Shown here: piece by piece, positions 55,001 to 64,000 of the stretch | How positions within the stretch are numbered: position 1 is the first letter of the stretch | Layout of the letters: each line of letters opens with the position of its first letter | NCBI GenBank assembly: GCA_964035545.1 | Contig: OZ037767.1 | Location: 9,558,581 to 9,622,580 of the forward strand | Direction: 5' to 3' | DNA: 64,000 nucleotides | From: Bugula neritina | Lineage: Eukaryota; Animalia; Bryozoa | Translations under genes and position numbers: made by a program | The notes under the pieces: generated by a model | The model's input: only the letters and a program-made list of their open reading frames with translations | Database searches by the model: none | Told to the model about the DNA's origin: nothing

Positions 55001-58000
55001 CTCTGGGTTATGGTGTTATTTGGACATGTTCAGCCTTTTTTGACTTCCTGACATTTTCTGCTCTGTTGTTTGTTACTATGTATTAAATAAGTATGTCGAG
55101 ATTGTTCACGAACAGAAAATAATTACGGTAAATAATAAATCTTACGTTATTGATTTAATACAATGTTACATTGTTTCATACCTGAAACTTTAGGGAGAGT
55201 CATATGAACTGTTGAACAATGTGACAGAAGTGGCTACTAAACTGCTCTCTGTTGGGGCTAAGAAGCTGATGTCATGGGGCGCCAGCTACTTTAGGAAGTC
55301 TGAGCCACAATCAGAATCTGAGAAAACACAGTCTAAGATTACACCCGCAACTCCCTCTTTTCGCCGGTAGTCCCTTAATTGTGCCAGTTTGTATGTAAAC
55401 ATCATAAGTTAGAAAAGTAGCCTACTACACTTTCAACTACGCAATCTATTTATTAAATATATTTCACCTTATTTTGTTAGCATGTGGATTGGTAATGTCA
55501 TGGTCTTTGTATGTATGATTTATGGTAGGCCTCCGTCGGTCCATTCGACTATGGGATACAGCCTATGATTGGGTTGAACAGCGGCATCTGCGACTGTGTA
55601 GACCAATGTGTGATTGACAGTCTTTGTTACAAGGGTCACACTTGTATGTACTCTGATCTGTTGGTGGTGGCCTGAGCCCTTCTGTGTGTATGATTTGGTG
55701 CCTCAATTTCTACAACATATTTTGCAGACATGGCATATTTGATGAGCGACGTTTTGGTCAGTCTATATCAATCTCACCATCTGGCACAGATGCTGCTGTA
55801 ACAGACTCTCTGGGACGAGTTCTTCTTGTAGATACTCAGAAAGGCATAATCAGACGCATGTGGAAGGGCTACCGGCAAGCTCAGGTCAGTAAGTCAATGT
55901 CAAGGTCAAGTGCTTGCTCTTTCTTTATTATGTAACATCTTAACCTACTTTTGTCACAAACCCTTATCCTGCCTTCTTCACAAAAGAGTTTTGTTAGATT
56001 GATGAGGTTTGGAATGTTTGTATAGAATTTTGAGTCAACGTTGACAAAGTAGATTTGTATATTTGAGATCTGTAAACACTGTTTTGGGTTTTATATGCTA
56101 ATAGAATGTTGGTTTTTTAGGTTGGTTGGATGATGGTGAAGGAGAGAAGTTCCAGCAGACAACAATACAGGCGCCATGCTTTCTTTCTTGTGATATATGC
56201 ACCAAAGAGAGGCTTGCTGGAGGTAGATGCTTATAGCAAGTATACATATCATAGTGTAAAACTTTGCCATCAAATTGCTGTCATTGTTAAGTTTCTACAT
56301 AGTAACAAGGGTTCGACAAAAGTGACACTGTTAGTTAAATAGCAATAGACTGAGTGCATGTGTTCTTAGAGTAAGTTTGTCAGTTCATAAGTGTGTCACT
56401 ACATGCATTACTACTAGTACTACTAATACTTCTGCTAATACTGCTGCTGCTGCTACTACCACTACTACTACTACCACTACTGCTACTTACTACTGCTACT
56501 GCTACTGCTACTACTGCTGCTGCTGCTGCTACTGCTACTGCTACTGCTACTGCTACTGATACTGATACTACACTCACTAGCTACTTCTTTGTAAATGTGA
56601 TATGGCTTCTTTGTCAACTGACCAACATGGGTTTATTTGTGTTATAATGCAGCACCCCAGTGCTTTCAATAAACATTATTGTTGAGACACTCTATATTTC
56701 TCAAATAATGTTGCTCAGCTTTAATTTGGGTTGTATTTAGATTTGGCTGGCTGCAAATGGTCCCAGGGTTGGAGCGTTTAACGTTGGTAAAGGGTGTAGA
56801 CTGATCTATCCAGGCTGTAGCATGCTTGGCCTGAACAGCTCTTCCTACAAACTAGTCAAAGGCAAACTGTTTCAGTGCTTTCTCCTCAAACCAGATGGCG
56901 AACTTCTGGATATTAATATCCCCTTCCATCTTGCTCTCAGGTTGGTACACTTGATACACTACATGGTAATACAGCATCTTATAAGAAATCACATTTTTTC
57001 TTGTAGTACTTGTATGCTTGTAAGACATGTGCAAGTATCCCAATCACATTTATAAATTAAATCCAAATCTATACTATGGAAATACAGTGCTCCCTCCGTA
57101 TCTCACTAAGCTATGGGTCCGGAAACCTCAATTTGTGACATAGTAGAGCACCAGATTTGATCATTTTGTCCCTGTACACACATACATAAGCCACAAAATA
57201 GGGGTCCAAGCCCTTCTCATGACCTATGGAATTTCGTGGGAAATAGAACCGTGAAATACAGAGGGAACATTGTTATGAATTTTGCTTCACTGATGTCTGT
57301 ATCAAACTGGTTTTTACTTTATGTAATGTATCTCTAGAAGACAAAGACACCAGTTATACATATTTATGTAGGAATTATGTGTGTCCTACATTTGTAATCC
57401 TGTAACATTTTGAGTTTATTAATGATACTTCTTGTGCAGACATGTTTTGTTGTGAGTAATAAGTTAAATTGTAATTTGGACAGCCTCAATAGCGTACTGT
57501 CCGCCTCATTTTAATATTCCATAAAGGAATATTCTAGAAGGAAATACTGATATGCGTAAAAAACCTTCCTTCACATTGTTTAGATTATTGCAGAAATATC
57601 AATAAGTTTTTTTATGTAACATATAGCTCATACTTAAGTGCTTGTCACTGTATTATATTGTAACTAAGAACTGTGTAGTAAGATGTGAAGTAAGAGTTTA
57701 TTGTGTTGTGTTTAGTGATGCGAATAGCAAGAGAGCTCATGACCAACAACTAATGGTACTTCTCAAGTCTGTGCTGAGAGCAGAAGATGACAACACCCAG
57801 CTGTCTGCTGCTGATATCTGGGAACCTATAAGCAAGATGAAGTTAACCTTGTCCCACAGAAATGTACCTATACTGTTTCTATCTCTATTTGGTATTCCTA
57901 ACAATTGTGTGCTTGCAGTTATTGAACTAATATATTTAGGGTTAGCTTACTTATTCATACTTGATGATGACATTGGAGCCGATTGACTTATTTGTTGCAT

Positions 58001-61000
58001 GACTAAACACTAAACAGTGTCAATAAGTTACTTTCTAAGATATGTCTCAAGTGCATGACTTTTATCTATGATATTATTTCTTTTATTTATTATTTCTCAA
58101 GTTGTTAAGCTTGGAGGCTTATCTTAAAGATGACTTGTATGTCTTCAGGCATTGAGTAAGGTCTTGTCACTCAAGCAGATAACTAGTGATGTTGCGCTTA
58201 CGATCATTCAGAATATTGTTAAATTAGTGAAGACAACTAACCAGAAGAAGGCATTAGCTGCTGCAGGTAAAATCTTTTCCTTTTCTTGCGTCATAAATTT
58301 TGTCATTTCCTGTGAGAGACCTCAGGGGCTAATCACTTACCAACTTCTTATTTTAGCTAGTAAGGGTGCTGCTGACGAAGATGGCGATCTGCCAATAGAT
58401 GTGGAGTGTCGAATGCTGCTGGAACTCTGTGACTCTCTAAAGCTTCTCATAGAAATGCATACAACACTGAGACAGTGGTGCCAGGTGGAGTCTGAGACCA
58501 AGGTTTGCCACTTGATCAGTAATCTAGCTGCTGAAACTTTCAACTTTACCTGTGCAACTTGTCGTAGTAAACTCATAGAAACTCATGCTAGTTAATAGTT
58601 ACTATCCCTCTGAGAACCACTTATGGAAAGATTTTTTAAAGCTGGCTAAGGGTTTATTCACATATAAGGCACAGGAGCAATTATGACTTTTCTTTACATC
58701 ACCAATGAATGGTCTTTACTGGGGTTCGAACCAATTAATTCATGTTTACTAAGCAAACGCACTATTGCTTAGACTACAGCTGCTTCTTAGACCTGTCACA
58801 GTAAATTGATATTAATTAAAATAAAACCACTGGTGGTCCTATCTATTCCAGACATTTGAAATGTTGAATTTGCTGATTAGCTTTGTGCTGATTAGCTTTG
58901 TGCTGAGAATAATCTCAATCACTGAGCAGGTGGTAGACCTGAGCTCTCTACTGCCGGTGGATGAAGTTTCTTCTCTCCTCCAAACTGATTTCTCGGTTAA
59001 GTCGAGTCGAAAAGTCGGTTTCTCTGCTGACTCACAACTCGACCTCTGCAACTTCCTGGTGATGTTTGACACCGAACATGGCCATAAGATTAAGTTACGG
59101 CCGCTCAATGCAGACGAGATGGCTGTACTAGGTGAGCACAAGTGTTCAGAGTTATATTCTCTTGTTAACTTTTGAACAATATCCAAATATATGTGTGAAT
59201 TGCTTGCTTGTAGCCCATGTGCGGTTGACGATGTATCAGTTTTATATAAATATAAAATATAATTATAACACTGGTTATATTTATAAAAGTAATTTTTTAA
59301 GATAAATCAAAACCATCCTTTCATTTAGTATTCTAAATTTAATCAGTATTGGATACTTTCTGAGTGGCATGTCTTGTTAAGTTTTGTATTCTTCTTTCCA
59401 GGCCAAATACTGTTTGAGCCATGTTTGAAATATGAAATAGAGTTTGAAAAGCTTAGAGAGCTAGTAGAATCGTTGCAGCTACAACCAAGATACATGTTGG
59501 TAAGATTATTATCTGCTATGTGTTATAAACTCCCTGTTAATGATTTCTCTCAAGACTAATAGAGTTTATAAACTCTGCGGCAATCCTTTTTAGTAACTTA
59601 AATGAGTTGCGAATTATATTTTTTGGTCTCCTTGATCACTTCTCATACCTGCAGTTTGTTTCACCTATTCATTAAGCGGCTGATTAACTAAGCAGTTCAA
59701 CTTGAAGCATTTCCATGTCTTGTAGGATCTGCTACTGCGCTACTACTTTAGTCTACAGAACCCTAGTACATCATACCTGCCTGTATTAGAGTCAATAATT
59801 TACTCACTCTACATTACTCACCAAGAGATGGAAGCTTCTCATGCTCCTGAAGAAGTCTCTTCTACACAAGAGCCAGCAACTCCAGACCTGCTAACACCGA
59901 ATCCTGACTTTGGTCATTCTAGTGCTTTTATGACACAATCACATGAGGTTCCGTGGTGGACACACATTAGAGATCAATGCGAATCGGTGACATGCTTCGA
60001 GAGTTATCTTCACATAGCTCTTGTATGTAGAAGTATTTGTATCAAAGAGACCAACAACTTGACCAATGAGGTAAGTGGTCGTACATTCTATTTGCTTTGA
60101 AACACAACCACCTGGATTATGCAATTATATTGTCTCGGATCTATTTTTCAATGTCCATCAGTTTTTCAATCTTGCACTACAGTAACATTTGTGGTCTAAT
60201 TAATGTGGGGTGTGTTGTCATAAATTTTGATCTTCTATAGTTTATGTAATTTTATATAATAATTTTCTATTTAAGATTCTTGGCATGAGTTTAGTTGTGA
60301 TGTTGACATCAGTGTTGATATTTCTAGTTTCCAGATTCAAGTGATGATAATAAAAAGGAGGCTGGAACGTGTGAGTCAGGCGATGAGTCGTGGGAGCACC
60401 TGTCAGTTGAAGTCATCCTGTGGAACCTGTCAATCAAACACTTGGAGGATGTGTCAAAGTTGAATAAGCTACTTAAGCACAAAGTTAATATAAACTGTAG
60501 TAGTAAGAGTAAAGAGCTTCCTAATGTCACGGTTAAAGACATAAAAACTGGTAATAAAGGTGAGTGATTAAATGGGCGACTTGTAATAATTAGAATTGGT
60601 GAACATTTAAAATTCACAATTTGGAAATGTCTGCTTTAAAATGAGGAGTTCAAATGTAATCTTTTTGTTGATAGGATTGGACTTGTCATTGTTTTTTTAT
60701 AATTTCAATAGCTTTCACTAACTAATCATTAACTTTATTGTAATTGTATAATTTATTATAATTTATTATTATTTCTGGTTAAACACTTAGTTCTACATTT
60801 TACCTATACTTGATATTTTATGCATATAGAAAACATCAAAAATTGTTATAAATAGAATACATTTTTTAAGTAATATTTAAGTAATTAAAAGTAACATAAA
60901 GTTATTTGTTATTATGATAAATAAGAATGTAAACTAATAGAATGGCCCTTCCAAATGATCATTTTTGAACTGTCAAGTTAGGCTTTTTGAGATCATACTA

Positions 61001-64000
61001 ACTTTCTATTGTATGAACTTTTAATGCCATAGCAAAACATTCTTTTAAACTGTAACTACTTAGATAGGGTGGTAATATACTGTATGTGTGACATTCTGTC
61101 ATACTCATGTTGTATTGGGGAACATTTCTGCTTTGTTATATAAGACTTGTTACTCTGAAGGTCTGGTAGGAGAACTTGTGGGCAGGTGGTGTCTCTCCAA
61201 CCAGCTTTCTGCTGCTGACCTTCTGAAATATGATACTGATCTCGACAGCAACTCCGACACTGGTATGAGTACCTTTTGTGACATCATACCTACTAGTCAT
61301 CTAACACTCTCACCTTCCACCTTACACTCTCACCTTCCATTTTATACTCTCACCTTCCATCTTATACTCTCACCTTCCATCTTATACTCTCACCTTCCAT
61401 CTTATACTCTCACCTTCCATCTTATACTCTCGCCTTCCATATTATACTCTCACCTTCCATCTTACACTCTCACCTTCCATCTTATACTCTCGCCTTCCAT
61501 ATTATACTCTCACCTTCCATCTTAAACATTCGCTTTTTATTTTACTCACTCATGTAATGCTTATGATTTACAAAGTCAGCCAAAGTTGTGCAAATTTTCA
61601 CATGTTTTCTGATATTTGGAAAAAAAAATTTATACTGTGTCAAGCATTGATAGTAGCTATCTCAGTTTATCACCACGGGATGGTTGTGTTAAGTTGACTA
61701 ATGAGTGAATGTAGCTTGTTTCACGATTTTGTATTGTCAGCTCCTTATAGCTATTTAATCATCAAATAAAGCTAGTTTATGTTGGTCTTTTAAAGTCAGA
61801 CAACTCCCCACCAATCTTGCATGTGTTCAATACCCAGCCGTTTGCTATTATTCAGCAGAAAAAGATGTAATGGGACCGTATGGAGAGCTGAGAAAAGCAT
61901 TTCCTATCAGTCTCACACCTGATACTGTGTATGCCAATGCTAGTTGGGAGTTTGTTTCTCACTGGAATAAAGATACTAGCTCAATCTACTTGCTGAAGTT
62001 TGCCCTAGACTACCTCGCATGCATAGCTAATGGCTGTCTAAGACATGGTAGGTCCAAACATAATTTATATATTCTTTTGTCACTCCTTGATGTTGTCTGA
62101 GTGGATGCAAGGCAAATTTTATCACAGCTAGTAAAACTTTGCCATGTTTAATCAACATTTCCATTATTACATCTTTTCTATTTTCTTCTGAATGTGACTT
62201 TAGTGTATAAATAAGTCCATGTCTTTCCATATTCATATATGTCTGTTTTCGCTTCGCTATGACTCATATATGTCTGTTTCCTGTTCACTATGACTCATAT
62301 ATGTCTGTTTCCTGTTCACTATGACTCATATATGTCTGTTTCCTGTTCACTATGACTCATATGTCTGTTTCCTGTCTACTATGACTCATATTTCTGTTTC
62401 CTGTTCACTATGACTCATATTTCTGTTTCCTGTCTACTATGACTCACATTTCTGTTTCCTGTTCACTATGACTCATATTTCTGTTTCCTGTCTACTATGA
62501 CTCATATTTCTGTTTCCTGTTCACTATGACTCATATGTCTGTTTCCTGTTCACTATGACTCAGATTTCTGTTTCCTGTTCACTATGACTCATATTTCTGT
62601 TTCTTGTTCACTATGACTCATACAAACGAATTATTTAGTTTCACTGCTCTGTTTTCTCTCGGCACAGGAATATGTCTGATGATTTGGAACACCTACCTTC
62701 TAAAGAAAGTGTCTGCACTAGTTTCATTGGTTGAGAAGGTGGGGAAAACTCCTAAAGATCGACTGTGTGTAAAGGAAGTGGGAATGGATACAGCTACGAC
62801 TACAGAGTTCATGACTGTTGTATGTGAATATATGGAAATATTTTTACAGGTAAATATCCTTTTTATTTTGAAATAGCTCTGTCATATCTACCTACTAAGG
62901 ATAAATTTAAAGTTGCTCCCAGAATTTAAATAATAACAAATATGCCAGTTTATACTCTCTAGACACAACACAGACTTAGGATCTTGATTAATAACTCTAT
63001 ATATAGTTGATGCAGTGGATAACTGTCAACTCACAGATGCCCGTATATAATATATCTAACTAAAAAATATTTAGCTAGCCTGTGTACTACAAACCCTTTG
63101 CTTTCTTACAGGCTAATTGTGATTTTTCTGAGCCCTTGATATACAAGGAGGAGCCTCGTTGGGCGTCCGAAGATACGACGGGCCACAGTCTAGTTCAGAT
63201 GGCATGTCAGTGGAAGGAGACAAACTACAGGTTACTGAAGCATCACTCGAACCTCCTGTCTCTAGTTACTGCGATCCTTACATTCACTATGAAATCTGTT
63301 AAGATTATGACTCTCTTTGATCACAATGTAAGTGAATATATCTATCAACTATAGTTAGTAATTCTCTTGTTGAATCAAAGTTTGATTGACGACTGCTATT
63401 TTATTCTTTATAAAATAAGCTCACTATGATTTTACTCAACCCTTTACATAACTAAAGCAACTAGTTACTAGTAAGTTAGTAGTTGCGCTAAAAGAATAAT
63501 TGCTGTAGGTTACTGGTTACACTAGCAGACAGATACTAGTAAGTTACTGGTTACACTAAGAGACAGTTACTAGTAAGTTACTGGTTACACTAAGAGACAG
63601 TTACTAGTAAGTTACTGGTTAAACTAAGAGACAGTTACTAGTGAGTTACTAGTTACACTAAGAGACAGTTACTAGTAAGTTACTAGTTATACTAACTGAG
63701 AGGTAGCAACGGGCCTGTACTTTGTGATTTGAGTTGAAATGCTGAAGTTCTATCTCATATATTGTTAAAGCTACCTTAACAACTCTTTACCTATCTGAAT
63801 TCAAAGTATATGAAATTGTGAGTGGAGAGTCTACCAATATGGGGGTCAGTATTTTCTAATATTGATTGTTACATGGGAAAGCATCCTGCAGATGTTTGAT
63901 GTTGGTTATTATAGGGACAAGCAGCTTTCTTCCAGCAGCTTACGTCTCACCCATATATGGGCATAGAAGGTAAAGACGACCTGATTTCTGTTCACAGAAC
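49085..64000 (+). CDS. RAB3GAP2: Rab3 GTPase-activating protein non-catalytic subunit (3' end beyond the window)
   Basis: Exons 49085-49196, 50980-51159, 51251-51320, 52375-52498, 52872-52973, 53917-54016, 54420-54565, 54853-54951, 55194-55366, 55728-55884, 56121-56222, 56741-56940, 57716-57863, 58149-58266, 58357-58502, 58930-59131, 59402-59499, 59726-60070, 60328-60559, 61161-61262, 61856-62047, 62668-62849, 63112-63327, 63915->64000. Motifs: MSC start, [107 protein letters not shown]. Confidence 0.96.
49255..50790. repeat. Low-complexity tract with cryptic 6-bp period (RAB3GAP2 first intron), interrupted by the LTR-like insert
   Basis: tatgac tatgag tatcac tatcag tatcat units at 49298-49400 and again at 50450-50790. 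Confidence 0.7.
49953..50273 (-). mobile_element. Probable solo LTR (Gypsy/BEL-like) in RAB3GAP2 intron 1
   Basis: 321-bp CpG-rich island bounded by TGTTA...TAACA. Minus-strand TATAAAAGGAGG (forward 50030-50041) followed by an initiator-like cagtagtcagtc. No clean TSD seen. Confidence 0.55.
51342..51551 (-). mobile_element. tRNA-derived SINE, copy 3
   Basis: Same family. 16-bp TSD with 2 mismatches: ctaagcattatgttat / ctaagtatgatgttat at 51326-51341 and 51552-51567. Confidence 0.88.
51778..52347 (+). mobile_element. 5'-truncated non-LTR retrotransposon (CR1/L2/Crack-like ORF2 C-terminus plus 3' UTR)
   Basis: Open frame [24 protein letters not shown]...HPSAPLF...LSIYQIY...HSINTR...LWNELP..LRS...[11 protein letters not shown] is typical of the post-RT tail of CR1-group LINEs. 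Followed by AATAAA and an (AAAC)n tail. Confidence 0.88.
55522..55680 (-). mobile_element. 5'-truncated RTE-clade LINE end
   Basis: Minus strand encodes [27 protein letters not shown], the RTE-type terminal Cys/His motif, then a short 3' UTR ccatagtc...gacggaggcctac. 16-bp TSD with 2 mismatches at 55506-55521 and 55681-55696. Confidence 0.8.
56398..56572. repeat. Mixed (CTA/CTG)n microsatellite
   Basis: Direct reading. Confidence 0.92.
57085..57272. mobile_element. MITE, same family
   Basis: ta|cagtgctccctccgtatctcactaagctatgggtcc...gaaatacagagggaacattg; colinear with 28171-28368. Confidence 0.82.
58572..58790 (-). mobile_element. tRNA-derived SINE, copy 4 (more diverged)
   Basis: Same family core (aggcacaggagcaattatgac...tttactggggttcgaacc...tttactaagcaaacgc). 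Degenerate 15-bp TSD. Confidence 0.82.
61306..61524. repeat. 20-bp minisatellite (caccttccatcttatactct), ~11 copies
   Basis: Direct reading; starts ~45 nt after the donor at 61263. Confidence 0.95.
62233..62622. repeat. 29-33-bp minisatellite (ctatgactcatat[g/t]tctgtttcctgttca), ~12-13 copies
   Basis: Direct reading; ends ~45 nt before the acceptor at 62667. Confidence 0.95.
63510..63697. repeat. 34-bp minisatellite (gttactagtaagttactggttacactaagagaca), ~5.5 copies
   Basis: Units at 63541 and 63575. Confidence 0.92.

Noticed and set aside
20324-64000. U12-type or GC-AG introns and intronic snoRNAs
   Set aside because: All reconstructed junctions are GT-AG without the GTATCCT signature; no convincing C/D box pair with a terminal stem was seen.

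Overview
AT-rich, intron-dense eukaryotic (invertebrate animal-like) genomic DNA. The six-frame ORF track mostly shows exon fragments and repeat artefacts, so I rebuilt four spliced genes by hand using GT-AG junctions with consistent phases. (1) Speedy/RINGO CDK activator (+, 2362-10047). (2) An unnamed ~244-aa, probably secreted protein with a single laminin-G domain (+, 11616-17193), almost invisible in the ORF track. (3) A complete ANAPC1 (-, 20324-47761, 40 coding exons, ~1947 aa). (4) RAB3GAP2 (+, from 49085, running off the window end), head-to-head with ANAPC1. Mobile elements: four tRNA-derived SINE copies with TSDs, three TA-flanked MITE copies, two 5'-truncated LINE ends and a probable solo LTR. 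Most unusual structures: intronic tandem arrays that sit against exon boundaries, two of which are amplified copies of the splice junction itself, and shuffled-hexamer tracts in the promoter-proximal introns of the three conserved genes. Gene identities come from remembered family motifs. No database search was run, and coordinates were counted by eye.
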